Shown piece after piece: positions 17,927-27,978 of a DNA stretch of 64,000 nucleotides. The stretch is from Candidatus Omnitrophota bacterium. GTDB lineage: Bacteria; Omnitrophota; Gorgyraeia; Zapsychrales; JANLHA01. Made by a program: the position numbers and the translations under genes. Numbering within the stretch: the first letter of the stretch is position 1; each line of letters begins with the position of its first letter. Location of the stretch: assembly GCA_031423615.1 (NCBI GenBank), contig JANPFV010000106.1, positions 29-64,028 of the forward strand, written 5' to 3'. Under the pieces are notes generated by a model. That model was not told the DNA's origin. It worked only from the letters and a program-made list of their open reading frames with translations, and searched no databases.

Positions 17927-20244
17927 TGTTTTCCCTCTGCTTTAAAAGAAGCCACCGCCGTTGTTTTAAAAACTTCCGCGTCCTTTAGACGTTCTTCTTT
18001 CTTTATTTCAATAAAATTCTTATCTTCATCCGCCGTCCTTTTCAAATAACCGGGCAAATGAATTTCGATCCTTGGAGCATCTCCATACCATTGAGCGTCC
18101 CAAGAAATTTTTATCTTTTCGCCACAGGTGATCGTGACCGCGATTTTCCCGAAGACGGTCAAGGTATGACCAAAATAAATCGGGCTGTCTTCAACAAGCC
18201 AGCCTTGCGGAATCCCGGAACATAAAATGACGGTCTTCTCCGTTTCTTCCTCGCGGACAAACATATTGCGGATCATCTGAATCCATTCCGCGGAAGCCCA
18301 AATATGTTGCCCGTCGCCCATGCACCCGCCCAACGTTTGGGGATGGATCGCTTCGGGCCACTGTCCCGTCGGGCTGGCCAATTGGGCCACCGCATTGACA
18401 ATTTTAAAAAATTCTGGATTTCCCGCACGCAAAAGCACTTGGGCCACGTGTAATGTCAAATAAGCATTCAAACCCGAATGGCTGATTTCGTGATAAAAAG
18501 CGCCGCTTAAGAAACACTTTTTTAAAAGATATTTGGCTGTGGCTAAAATTCTCGGGTCATCGCCCCGCCAAATTTGTAACGGATAACTGCCAACGATCGA
18601 ACCGATGGCGCCCGTATCCATTCTCCGATAAGGCGATGCCGGGATAGCCAAATCATTGGTGCGCACCTTGACTAAATCCAAACTTTCTTCTATGGACTTT
18701 AATAAATCCTCTGCTCCCGCCGTAAGTTTCTGAGCGAGATCTTGGTCAAAACTTCTCAATAAAACCGCGGCTGACTTTAATCCCGCAACACCCCAGAAAT
18801 CATCCCAATAATAAAAATCATTGGGCCCAAAATGTTCGGCGCTAAAACCGGCCGGTAAAAGTCCGGTATGCGGAGCTTTGTGCTTGGGAAAGACCCTTTT
18901 TTTCTGGATCCATTTGGCCCCGCGACTTAACGCAATAAACCATTCCGGTTTGCACGGCTTATTCGTCAAAGTGCAATATCGCTCCATACTCCACAACGCT
19001 TGTCCGTTGGAATCCCATTCCCCGTCTTGAGAACGAAAATATCCCGAGGGCATTTGGCGGTCTGGAAATAAATCCAGGATCTTTTCTACATTTTTCAACA
19101 TTCCGACGTTGATCATGGTATGAAGAATAAAAGCGGCGTCGCGAAACCAAAATCTTTTATAAATGAACGGGCCCGGAAAGATATCTCCCGGCGAATGCAA
19201 GACCAAAGCCCGCAAGTTGACCTCATACAAAAATTGAAAAAGCTTGTCGGGTATTCGCAGTTGACAATGGCCGTCAAGACTTTCGTTCCAACCGGTGATC
19301 GTTTTGACCGGATTTTTAGACAAGGGAATATATACGACAACTTCTTTGTTAACATCCGGCTCGACATCATAAAGGGCTGCGGCAGCCGCCATTCCCACCG
19401 GACATGTGATCTGGGTTTCATCATTTTGCGGCTCTCCCGCCACCGATAAAAGGATTTGTTGCGATATATCTCCCTGATGATAATTAGAAAAGATATAACG
19501 GGACGGCTTCTCGGAAAGCTGAACGTCCTTTTCTTGATTTATTCTCCATCCTTCCGAATCCGAAAGACGCTGAATGTGCTCAATAAAACTCACGCCTTCC
19601 GGGTTATAAGGACGCAGACAAACAATGAGCCAGCTTTTGTGCGGAACCTTGGCCTTAAAGACCACTTTGCACGTCGGTACACCATTCCTCATTTCAACTT
19701 CCGCTGAGGAGGTCAGAGTCATATCTTCAGATTTTGACGTCGTCACAATCTGAAAAGTCCCGCCATATTCCGCTTCCTGATGGGCGTTGGCTGTCCGTGA
19801 GGGAAACAAGGACGGCTTATCAACGGCCATAATCCAGCCGTCGACTGACCAGCTGTCCCAAAAAGGAGTAACCAAGCCTCGGGGATCGACCAAAGGATAT
19901 TCCGGATAATCCGGCAAACCAATGGCTGTCCAATTCCGATTGGTCATGTTGATATGACTGATACTAAAAGCCCGCGGGATAAAGGATTTATCTTTGGGAT
20001 CGAATTGAAGATTGACCCAATAAGGCCAAACCCAATCGAGATTATGCTGAATCGCCTGGCTGTTGATCAATCCCCGGGCTTGCAAAATAGAACCCGAGCG
20101 CAAAAGTTCGGTGGGCACCCAGACCTCAGCGGGTTTAGCAAAACGCTGCAAATGAGAAAAAAGCAAAACCGGATCCATAAACCCTTTGGATTTTGCTAAT
20201 CGCGTCAAGATAAAATTCCAAAACGATCCTTTATGCAAGGGCAT
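17923..20244 (-). CDS. large (alpha/alpha)6-barrel glycoside hydrolase, GDE_C/amylo-alpha-1,6-glucosidase-like (family assignment uncertain)
   Basis: 773 aa; central WFRDAAF motif reminiscent of GDE_C WGRD; N-terminal beta-sandwich-like region; coupled to GT4. Confidence 0.45.
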   Translation of the reverse strand: MPLHKGSFWNFILTRLAKSKGFMDPVLLFSHLQRFAKPAEVWVPTELLRSGSILQARGLINSQAIQHNLDWVWPYWVNLQFDPKDKSFIPRAFSISHINMTNRNWTAIGLPDYPEYPLVDPRGLVTPFWDSWSVDGWIMAVDKPSLFPSRTANAHQEAEYGGTFQIVTTSKSEDMTLTSSAEVEMRNGVPTCKVVFKAKVPHKSWLIVCLRPYNPEGVSFIEHIQRLSDSEGWRINQEKDVQLSEKPSRYIFSNYHQGDISQQILLSVAGEPQNDETQITCPVGMAAAAALYDVEPDVNKEVVVYIPLSKNPVKTITGWNESLDGHCQLRIPDKLFQFLYEVNLRALVLHSPGDIFPGPFIYKRFWFRDAAFILHTMINVGMLKNVEKILDLFPDRQMPSGYFRSQDGEWDSNGQALWSMERYCTLTNKPCKPEWFIALSRGAKWIQKKRVFPKHKAPHTGLLPAGFSAEHFGPNDFYYWDDFWGVAGLKSAAVLLRSFDQDLAQKLTAGAEDLLKSIEESLDLVKVRTNDLAIPASPYRRMDTGAIGSIVGSYPLQIWRGDDPRILATAKYLLKKCFLSGAFYHEISHSGLNAYLTLHVAQVLLRAGNPEFFKIVNAVAQLASPTGQWPEAIHPQTLGGCMGDGQHIWASAEWIQMIRNMFVREEETEKTVILCSGIPQGWLVEDSPIYFGHTLTVFGKIAVTITCGEKIKISWDAQWYGDAPRIEIHLPGYLKRTADEDKNFIEIKKEERLKDAEVFKTTAVASFKAEGKQ

Positions 20245-20285
20245 TTCTCCTCCCCAAGTTGGCTGACTTCGTTATTCGATGATGA

Positions 20286-20903
20286 TTACGGATGACGGAC
20301 TAAAATATTATTATTCACCTTGCCGAAACCCACAAAGGTGCCGGCTTTATCTCCTGCGGTCATTTTTTCTTGGTCGCTGGAAACATATCCTTCCAGAGTG
20401 ACAATACCGTTTGTGGTTCTGACATGGATATTCTCTATCCCATCCGCTAAAGATCCTTCTTTCCGAAGAGCGCGTTCAATATCCGTCGACATTTGTTTAT
20501 CGGCATAGGGATAGCGGGGACCATATTTTGAAAAAGCAAAGCTTCGCGGAATTTCCCCAATTTCATCTTCAATGGTCGGAGCGCTTTCTTCTTCTCCTAC
20601 CGGAAGAAAATCTTCTTGCGCTTGGGACAGACAGTTCTCCGCACGCGGGGCGGGTGTTTGCGGATCAGGTTTCCCGATATCGGGAACCTCCGAGGGTTGG
20701 GTCCCGGGTTTACCCCGATTTTCGTCGGCGGCTATTCTCGACAAACCCACAGGAAGCTGAGTGTTGGGATTGCCTTCATCAATGAACCGGGAGACCGGAT
20801 CAGAAATGGCTGGATCATTTTTCCTTTCCCCTTTCTTTTGCTCATAAATATTCTTTCCTTTTTCTGTGAGCTGGTATCCTTTACGTTCCTTGGAATTTTC
20901 CAT
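20286..20903 (-). CDS. BON-domain protein with long disordered proline/acidic N-terminal region
   Basis: C-terminal HVRTTNGIVTLEGYVSSDQEKMTAGDKA = BON domain; start at ATG 20903 supported by GGGAGG SD. Confidence 0.6.
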   Translation of the reverse strand: MENSKERKGYQLTEKGKNIYEQKKGERKNDPAISDPVSRFIDEGNPNTQLPVGLSRIAADENRGKPGTQPSEVPDIGKPDPQTPAPRAENCLSQAQEDFLPVGEEESAPTIEDEIGEIPRSFAFSKYGPRYPYADKQMSTDIERALRKEGSLADGIENIHVRTTNGIVTLEGYVSSDQEKMTAGDKAGTFVGFGKVNNNILVRHP

Positions 20904-21204
20904 AACAGCCTCCCTTGTTCTTTTATTGTTTGATGAATCCTTGGGGTCGGGTCCAAGGGGATAATAATCGTCCCACTCCATAAACGATAAAACTGATCAT
21001 GATAATCAATAGCTGTCCCATATCGCTTCCTTTCGTATAAACCTTACTTTTTAATCTGTAACCATTTATATTCTTGTTTCATATTCTTGTCCTCGCACTG
21101 TTAAGAAATTTAATATCATCGAGTTATATATATAGCGGTATGTTACAAAATGATGCATTAAGAGAGTATTAAGTTTGAATTAATTCACTTCTCTTTTCCG
21201 TCTA

Positions 21205-21242
21205 CACAAAAGAAACCCGTCTTGGCATAAACCAAAACGGGC
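21205..21242 (-). terminator. Rho-independent terminator downstream of osmY-like gene
   Basis: CCCGTCTTGG / CCAAAACGGG stem (one mismatch), 6-nt loop, followed on minus strand by UUUCUUUUGUGU. Confidence 0.5.
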
Positions 21243-21261
21243 TTCTCACTTAACTCCTCAA

Positions 21262-22017
21262 CTATATAACGTCCATCTTGTTATCGACACCCTTCACTCC
21301 CTTGATGTCATTGACAAGCTTACTCACTAAAGCTTTTTGAGCTTCATTGTTGGCTTTTCCTTCAACGGTGACGACACCATCCCGGGTTTCAATTTGGGTT
21401 TTGATGGCACTGGTAGAACGATGGGCCCCTAACGCTCCCTTGACCTGAGCGGTGATGGAGGCGTCGTCAATATTCTCATTTTTCTTATTGACCATTTTTT
21501 CATCTTTGACAACATTGATGTTATTCACGATACTTTTAACACCTTCGATATCCTTGGTGTATTCAGCCGTCAGCTCTTTTTGAGCTTCGCTGGCCGCTGT
21601 TCCTTCCAACGTAACGATGCCATCTGTGACATAGACCTTGGTGTCGGTGGCACTGACATTACGATGAACTAAAAGAGCCGCCTTGACCTTGATGCTGACC
21701 CAGGCATCCGAATTTTCAGCCGGGCGTTCTCCTGTGGTCTTTATCTGATTGTCAACGCGGGTCACTCCCGGTAAACTGGCGGCCGTATTTTCAGCCAAGG
21801 TGCGTTCATTGTCATCTGCAACCGTACCTTTAAGTGTCACCACACCGTTTTCGGAATGAACATCGACTTTATCGTCTTTAAGATAGGTCTTGAAGACATA
21901 CGAGCTTTTGATCGAATTGACCGTGCGATCATCGGTATCACTGGCGCGGACCACCGCGCTGGTCATGACAACGGCAATCGCCGCTGCGAGAATAACTGGA
22001 AGATGATTGACTTTCAT
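21262..22017 (-). CDS. periplasmic OsmY-like protein with three BON domains and signal peptide
   Basis: MKVNHLPVILAAAIAVVMTSAVVRA signal; three repeats of the form (V)xxDGVVTLxGxxxxxxxxxxAxxxxxxxxGVxxVxN; AAGGAG SD before ATG 22017. Confidence 0.75.
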   Translation of the reverse strand: MKVNHLPVILAAAIAVVMTSAVVRASDTDDRTVNSIKSSYVFKTYLKDDKVDVHSENGVVTLKGTVADDNERTLAENTAASLPGVTRVDNQIKTTGERPAENSDAWVSIKVKAALLVHRNVSATDTKVYVTDGIVTLEGTAASEAQKELTAEYTKDIEGVKSIVNNINVVKDEKMVNKKNENIDDASITAQVKGALGAHRSTSAIKTQIETRDGVVTVEGKANNEAQKALVSKLVNDIKGVKGVDNKMDVI

Positions 22018-22360
22018 GTGCTTAACTCCTTGTAGGTTGATGGTTATGTTCTTTTGCTGAAAATAAATAATCCGCCCATAAGTAATAAAACGGCGGTGAT
22101 AATGAAAATAAAAAATAGAACTTGGGCAATGCCTAAAGCCGAACCAGCGATATTGGTGTACCCCAGCATGGCTGCAACAATGGAAACCGCAAAAAATATG
22201 AGTGACCACTTTAACACTGCATCCTCCTTGGTTAACGGTTAAGAAGCCTCTCTACGGATTTCAAAATATCGTCCTCCTTTAAATAAAGACCGAAATGAAC
22301 TCCATCAACGCCCCCAAGTTAGCAGAGGAAATATTAAGGGACGGTTAATTAAGGATTAAT

Positions 22361-22402
22361 TTTGAAAAATAACCCTCTTGCAACTTCCGTTACAAGAGGG
22401 TT
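22361..22402 (-). terminator. Rho-independent terminator of dps
   Basis: perfect 10-bp inverted repeat AACCCTCTTG-12 nt-CAAGAGGGTT, followed on minus strand by AUUUUUCAAA, 40 nt after dps stop. Confidence 0.65.
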
Positions 22403-22441
22403 AAGAGGGCGCCATTTCTAGACGCTTTTTTTTACTGTAAT

Positions 22442-22912
22442 TTATTCTAGATAGGATCTTAACATCCAAGCCATTTTTTCATGGTCTTCCATAAGGCCGG
22501 TCAAGAAATCCGTTGTCCCCTGATCTTCGTATTTCTCATCACAGTCTTTAATATCTTTACGAAGCTCACCGATGAGAGTTTCGTGATCCTCTAAAAGGAT
22601 CTTAATCATTTTTAAAGCCGGCGGCTTTTCTAAACTCTCCGTAAGACGGGTCTTTTGCAAAAACTCTTTTAACGTCCCGGACGAATTTTCACCCAATTGA
22701 CGAATCCTCTCGGCAAGAGAGTCGACGATTTCTTGCATTTCCTTGTATTGCTTTTCCAAAAATTCATGTAATTCTAAAAAACTGGGCCCGCGCAAATTCC
22801 AATGGTAGTTCAATGTTTTGGTATAGAGAACAAATTCATCGGCCAACAAAATATCCAAGATTTTTGCTACTTTTTGTCGGTTTTTTTCGGTGATGCCAAT
22901 ATTTGGTTTCAT
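22442..22912 (-). CDS. dps: Dps (DNA starvation/stationary-phase protection protein, ferritin-like)
   Basis: 156 aa; NYHWNLRGPSFLELHEFLE ... ferroxidase ligands (H, D, E) pattern of Dps. Confidence 0.85.
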   Translation of the reverse strand: MKPNIGITEKNRQKVAKILDILLADEFVLYTKTLNYHWNLRGPSFLELHEFLEKQYKEMQEIVDSLAERIRQLGENSSGTLKEFLQKTRLTESLEKPPALKMIKILLEDHETLIGELRKDIKDCDEKYEDQGTTDFLTGLMEDHEKMAWMLRSYLE

Positions 22913-22941
22913 GACGCCTCCTTTGAATTAATGAATTCTTC

Positions 22942-23331
22942 TTATGCCATCCGAGAAGGAATGACCTTAAAGACCCAGAACTTAAAACAAAAATAACTGA
23001 CCAAGCTTGAAACGATCGTTGCCATGACCACCGCCAAGCCGACCTGCTGCGGCCAGGTATTGATCATCATTTGATTCACAAAAATATTAATTCCCAAAGC
23101 CGCAAAGTTCACAATCCAATAGCGACCCATTTCTGAACCCGAGCCTTGCTTTTGCTTGAAGGTCCAATATTTATTAAGCCCATACCCTAGAATGCCAGCG
23201 CATGTGAAAGACGTTCCTTTAGCCACACTAAAAGGGAGCCAATGAATCAACAAAAAATAAATCCCGAAATCCGTGGCCGTGACTAAAATTCCCGCTATCA
23301 GAAAGCGCAGCATCTCCTTTTGCGAATTCAT
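22942..23331 (-). CDS. GtrA family membrane protein (polysaccharide-synthesis associated)
   Basis: 129 aa, 4 TM, LRFLIAGILVTATDFGIYFLL ... NKYWTFK signature. Confidence 0.75.
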   Translation of the reverse strand: MNSQKEMLRFLIAGILVTATDFGIYFLLIHWLPFSVAKGTSFTCAGILGYGLNKYWTFKQKQGSGSEMGRYWIVNFAALGINIFVNQMMINTWPQQVGLAVVMATIVSSLVSYFCFKFWVFKVIPSRMA

Positions 23332-23338
23332 CAGAACA

Positions 23339-23506
23339 TTATCCCTTAGGTTTCATCAATAGGAAATAAAGTCCCATGCCAAGAACCGGCAGAAGAATGA
23401 TCAAAACGACCCATAAAGCTTTTTGGGTCCCTTCGAGCGAACTTTTCAAAACATCGACGATAGCAATAATGTCGAGAATTAAAATAATAACGCCAATTAT
23501 ACCCAT
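23339..23506 (-). CDS. PLDc_N-family small membrane protein
   Basis: 55 aa from ATG 23506 (GGAGG SD), two TM helices with LWVVLIILLPVLGMGLYFLL motif. Confidence 0.45.
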   Translation of the reverse strand: MGIIGVIILILDIIAIVDVLKSSLEGTQKALWVVLIILLPVLGMGLYFLLMKPKG

Positions 23507-23642
23507 ACGACCCTCCCCACCTGTGTCCTTCATTTTAATATTTGCAGAATAGTAACAGAGGCTAGATTAAGAGAAGATTAAATCAGCAGAGAAAGCGAAG
23601 ACATAAACCGGCGGGAACTCGAAAAAAAATTTATAATTTCAA

Positions 23643-25028
23643 CTAGGCCTTTCCGATGCGGTACTTCTTTCCCTTGATCTTCCCAGCCTGCAAGCGGCTT
23701 ACCGCCTGTTGGACCTTTTGGACCGCAACAGCCACATAGGTATTAACCTCAAGAATGCGGATGGCCCCCACATCTTTTGCTTCCAAACCGGCTTCTTTGG
23801 TCAGCGCGCCGAGAATGTCGCCCGGACGAATATTGTCCTTTCGCCCGCCGCTGATATAAATGGTCGCCATAGAAGGTTTCAAGGCAAACTCTTTATTTCT
23901 TTTCAAAACGCTCAATTCCACAATTTCACATGCCACTTTCAAATAATCCGCAATGCCCGCGAGGTAATAGCGTTGCTTACCGATAAACAAACTCAAGGCC
24001 AATCCTTGCAATCCCGCCCGTGCGGTGCGTCCGATGCGATGAATATAAAGCTCATGTTCCGACGGCAGATCGTAATTAATCACCGCGCCCACATTTTTAA
24101 TATCCAGCCCACGGGCCGCCAAATCCGTGGCCACCAAGACACAACAACTTTTATTGGCAAACTTTGTCAAAACCAAGGTTCGATCCTGCTGTTGAAGATC
24201 GGAATGAATTTCTAAAGCTTCGACCTGTTGTTTACGTAACAATTGGGCCACCTTGGCGCATACCACCCGGCTTTTACAAAAAATAATGGCGGATTCCGGC
24301 CGGTAATGTCCCAGCAAAAGCATGAGCGCATCAGGCTTATGATCTTCGCCGTCCACTTTAAAAAACAACTGCTTAAGGTCATTGATTTCATGCTGTGAAT
24401 CGATACTCACCTGGGCCGGATCATCCTGCAAACTCGAACTCAACGCCTTGATTCCGTGGGGAAACGTTGCGGAAAACAATAATGTCTGACGGTTCTGCGG
24501 TGTATGAGCCACAATGGCGTTGATTTCGCTGCTAAATCCCAATTCCAGCAACCGGTCAGCCTCATCCAGCACAAAAACCTTTAACCCATCCAGTTTTAAT
24601 GCCCCTTTCTCAATCAATTTGATAATGCGGCCGGGTGTCCCAACGACAATATGAGCGCCTTGTTTGAGCGATTTGATTTTGTGGCGCTCCTCAGTCCCTC
24701 CCGCCAGAGAAAGAACTTTAATATTACTCGTAAAGCGCGCCAGCCGACGGATTTCGACGCACACCTGATCGGCCAATTCTCTCGTCGGACAAAGCACCAG
24801 CGCCTGCGGATCATTGAGGGCCATGTCCAATTGAGCAAGAATACCCAAACCGAACGCCGCCGTCTTTCCGCTGCCCGTGTTCGCCTGCCCGATCAAATCC
24901 CGACCGGCCAAAATAAAAGGCAACCCTTGTTCTTGGATCGGCGTCATCTCTAAATATTTGAGCGATTCTAAATTGGCCAGAATCTCTGGACTTAAACCTA
25001 AACCTTTAAACTTTTTTGTATGTGTCAT
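23643..25028 (-). CDS. dbpA: ATP-dependent DEAD-box RNA helicase DbpA (23S rRNA hairpin-92 specific type)
   Basis: Q-motif, GSGKT, PTRELA, DEAD(VLDEADRLL), SAT, HRIGRT(A)R motifs; C-terminal about 75 aa DbpA-type RNA-binding domain (ISGGRKDNIRPGDILGAL). Confidence 0.85.
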   Translation of the reverse strand: MTHTKKFKGLGLSPEILANLESLKYLEMTPIQEQGLPFILAGRDLIGQANTGSGKTAAFGLGILAQLDMALNDPQALVLCPTRELADQVCVEIRRLARFTSNIKVLSLAGGTEERHKIKSLKQGAHIVVGTPGRIIKLIEKGALKLDGLKVFVLDEADRLLELGFSSEINAIVAHTPQNRQTLLFSATFPHGIKALSSSLQDDPAQVSIDSQHEINDLKQLFFKVDGEDHKPDALMLLLGHYRPESAIIFCKSRVVCAKVAQLLRKQQVEALEIHSDLQQQDRTLVLTKFANKSCCVLVATDLAARGLDIKNVGAVINYDLPSEHELYIHRIGRTARAGLQGLALSLFIGKQRYYLAGIADYLKVACEIVELSVLKRNKEFALKPSMATIYISGGRKDNIRPGDILGALTKEAGLEAKDVGAIRILEVNTYVAVAVQKVQQAVSRLQAGKIKGKKYRIGKA

Positions 25029-25031
25029 CCT

Positions 25032-26606
25032 TTACCAATCTACGGGGGCATAGTCTTTAAGAAACTTTCCGCACCAGTGTTGGCCTCTTAATATCCCGTC
25101 AAAGAAGGGGTCACAGACCCGCGCGGCCCCGTCGACAATATCCAAAGGCGGTTGAAAATCATGCATCGTTTGTTTACGCTGCGACAAAGCCAGAGGGTCT
25201 TCATCCGTGACCCAGCCCGTGTCGACGGCATTCATAAAAATTCCATAATTAGCCAGATCACTCGCCGAAGTATGGGTCAACATATTCAATGCGGCCTTGG
25301 CCATATTGGTATGTGGGTGGCGGTCGGTTTTGGTAAAACGGTGAAACTTCCCTTCCATAGCGGAAACATTGACAATATGTTTCTTTCCTGTGTTGTCGCG
25401 CTTCATCATCCGGGACAATTTATTACAGAGAACAAAAGGGGCTATGGCATTGACCAGTTGCAATTCAATCATTTCCGCCGTGGGAATATCACCTAATCGC
25501 AGGCGCCAGCTGTTGGTTTCGCGCAAATCCACCTGCTGTAAATCAGCATCCAGTTTCCCTTGCGGAAAAATTTTCTCGACGGATAAATTGGTATCATGGG
25601 TGTAAGGAATTTGGGAAAGCTGGGCCGATGCGCTCAAGCCAATTCCAATAAGAGGCCCATTCCAACTCAGCCCAGGTTTTTGAAACGAGTCAACCGCAAG
25701 GGCGGGTTCCTTCACCAGACTTAAAGAAGGGACAACTTTTCTTTTGCATTCTTCGAAAGGCCGCAAAAGATTTTGCACTTTGAGCGGCAGGTCATTAAAG
25801 GACATCCTTTCATTCTCCAGCAAATGGCTGTAAAAACCCGGAGGACGTCGAACAGTTTGAGCGGCATTGTTAATGAGCAAATCCAAGCGATCGTATTTCT
25901 CTTCTACATAATTGCAAAAAAGTTCCACACTGGGTGTATGGCGCAAGTCCAGTCCATAAATATGCAGCCGATCCTTCCATTGGTTGAAATCTTTTTCCCG
26001 AGAGTAACGCCAAGCCGAATCGACGGGAAAGCGGGTCGTCGCAATGACCTGGGCCCCCGCGCGAAGCATCATGAGCGCTGACTGATAACCGATCTTCAAA
26101 CGGGAACCCGTAATGAGCGCCACCTGTCCTTCGAGCGAAGCGGTCTGAAAACGCTTGGTATAGTTCAATTGTGCGCACACCGGACACATGGAATCATAAA
26201 AAAAATGCAGACGGGTAAAAGAAGTTTTACAAATATAACACGCCCGGGGATTGACCAATTGTGTCGCTTGAAAAGGTTCGCTGTCTTGCGCCTGCGTGAT
26301 TTTACCCGGCGCGATAAAAACCGCCGCTTCCCGGGCACTGCGGATTCCCGTCGCAGCGCGGGCCCGGCGCTCGTGATCGTCAATTTTCTGGCGCTTCAAA
26401 CGGTCACGGTCGCGGTGACGTTTGCGAAGTTCATACTTATCGGGACGGGAAATTTGACCCGCCGCACTCAAGAGGGCTACTTTTTGTTCTAAAGATAAAT
26501 GCGCCAGCTCGACGCTGTTTTGGGCCAGATATTGGAGCACCGCGATACAGGTGTTTATTTCGTCGGTGGAAAGTGTGGGAGGAGCTATCCGTTCGGTATT
26601 GTTCAT
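25032..26606 (-). CDS. SDR-family oxidoreductase with about 200 aa N-terminal basic/Cys-rich (CxxC...CxxC) extension
   Basis: Rossmann [14 protein letters not shown]..., NNAAQ, catalytic Y/K region; N-terminal [14 protein letters not shown] basic stretch and CYICKTSF...CPVCAQ; start at ATG 26606 chosen because longer ORF overlaps the U32 gene. Confidence 0.6.
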   Translation of the reverse strand: MNNTERIAPPTLSTDEINTCIAVLQYLAQNSVELAHLSLEQKVALLSAAGQISRPDKYELRKRHRDRDRLKRQKIDDHERRARAATGIRSAREAAVFIAPGKITQAQDSEPFQATQLVNPRACYICKTSFTRLHFFYDSMCPVCAQLNYTKRFQTASLEGQVALITGSRLKIGYQSALMMLRAGAQVIATTRFPVDSAWRYSREKDFNQWKDRLHIYGLDLRHTPSVELFCNYVEEKYDRLDLLINNAAQTVRRPPGFYSHLLENERMSFNDLPLKVQNLLRPFEECKRKVVPSLSLVKEPALAVDSFQKPGLSWNGPLIGIGLSASAQLSQIPYTHDTNLSVEKIFPQGKLDADLQQVDLRETNSWRLRLGDIPTAEMIELQLVNAIAPFVLCNKLSRMMKRDNTGKKHIVNVSAMEGKFHRFTKTDRHPHTNMAKAALNMLTHTSASDLANYGIFMNAVDTGWVTDEDPLALSQRKQTMHDFQPPLDIVDGAARVCDPFFDGILRGQHWCGKFLKDYAPVDW

Positions 26607-26613
26607 GGAAACC

Positions 26614-27978
26614 TTAAGCAAAAACAACTTTCTGGGCATCAAACTCATTGACTTTTTCACGCAAAAGGGCATAGGGCCCCGGATCTTCATCGCAAGCCAT
26701 CCAGCCCGCCTGGGACCCTCCATGCAGTTCTTCCACAGCTTGTCCCTTTTCATTGAAAAGTTCCTTGATTTCGAAAATAATATCGCGGTCGGGAAGACAC
26801 AGCTCATGCGTTTGCCCAATTTTGATAGTATTGCGGGCTTCCAATGCGATCCACTTTCTTTCGGCATCATATCCTTTAACCAGACCAGTGAAACGATAAG
26901 CACTGTATTGCGAATTACCGCTCTGGTATTCTTGGCCGTCCTTGCCGGGATTGCCGTGCAAGAATCCGCCGATAAAACCGCGGTTGGATGTTGCAAAAAT
27001 GTCTCGGGTATGTTCCGGATTAAAAGGTCGGCCCGCCGCTAAATCATCAATGGCCCGGCGATACGCGCGCGTCACCATGGAAAGATAGTAAACCGATTTG
27101 GAACGGCCTTCGACTTTGAAAGAACCCACTCCCGCATCCCGCAATTCTTCCAGAGAATTGATGGCACAAAGGTCCTTAGAATTCATAAGATAACTGCCAT
27201 TCTCATCTTCATCGAGTTCAAAAAGTTCATCCGGCCTTTCGCTTTCTTTCACATAATACTGGCCTTGGAGCGGTGTATAATCTTGCCCATCAGCTGTTTG
27301 GGTTTTATCGGGATTGTCCGGCCGGCCGCAGCCTTCCGGCTGAATGTCGCCCTTCTTATAAACTTTATATTCCCACCGGCAGGAATTAGCGCAGGCACCC
27401 TGATTCCCGTCGCGATTGCTCAAATAATTGGAAATCAAACAGCGGCCGGAATAGGCCATGCAGATCGCACCGTGCACGAAGGACTCTAATTCCATGTCGG
27501 GACAGGCCGTATGGATATCTTTCATTTCCTTAATACTGATCTCGCGTGAAACAATAATGCGCTTAGCCCCGTTGCGCTGCCAAAATCTTACCGACGCGTA
27601 ATTGATCGTATTGGCCTGCACGGAAATGTGAACAATTTGCTCAGGAAAATTTTCCATGAGCAGCATAATCAGTCCGGGATCCGACATGATCCAAGCATCA
27701 GGTTTGCAAAGCCGCAAAAGTTCGGCGACATATTTGGGAAAAGATTCCAGCTTATGACTGTGAGGAAAAATGTTGGCCGTGACATAGGCCTTTTTTCCCA
27801 GACCATGGGCGTACTTGACCGCTTCGGCGACCTGTTCAAAACTTTTAAAACCATTCTCGCGAGCACGCAAGGAAAAACGGGGAATGCCAAGATAGACAGC
27901 GTCCGCGCCAAAAGCGAAAGCAAATTTCACTTTTTCAAAATCTCCGCCGGGCATCAAAAGTTCAGGAACCATGGTCAC
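26614..27978 (-). CDS. peptidase U32 family protein (RlhA/TrhP-type RNA hydroxylation enzyme family)
   Basis: U32 signature [22 protein letters not shown] matches E-x-F-x2-G-[SA]-[LIVM]-C-x4-G-x-C-x-[LIVM]-S; 454 aa. Confidence 0.85.
   Translation of the reverse strand: MTMVPELLMPGGDFEKVKFAFAFGADAVYLGIPRFSLRARENGFKSFEQVAEAVKYAHGLGKKAYVTANIFPHSHKLESFPKYVAELLRLCKPDAWIMSDPGLIMLLMENFPEQIVHISVQANTINYASVRFWQRNGAKRIIVSREISIKEMKDIHTACPDMELESFVHGAICMAYSGRCLISNYLSNRDGNQGACANSCRWEYKVYKKGDIQPEGCGRPDNPDKTQTADGQDYTPLQGQYYVKESERPDELFELDEDENGSYLMNSKDLCAINSLEELRDAGVGSFKVEGRSKSVYYLSMVTRAYRRAIDDLAAGRPFNPEHTRDIFATSNRGFIGGFLHGNPGKDGQEYQSGNSQYSAYRFTGLVKGYDAERKWIALEARNTIKIGQTHELCLPDRDIIFEIKELFNEKGQAVEELHGGSQAGWMACDEDPGPYALLREKVNEFDAQKVVFA

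Noticed and set aside
26607-26996. 130-aa N-terminal extension of track ORF 25032..26996
   Set aside because: It overlaps the 3' end of the U32 peptidase gene (26614..27978) in another frame on the same strand. The in-frame ATG at 26606 gives a non-overlapping gene starting MNNTER.
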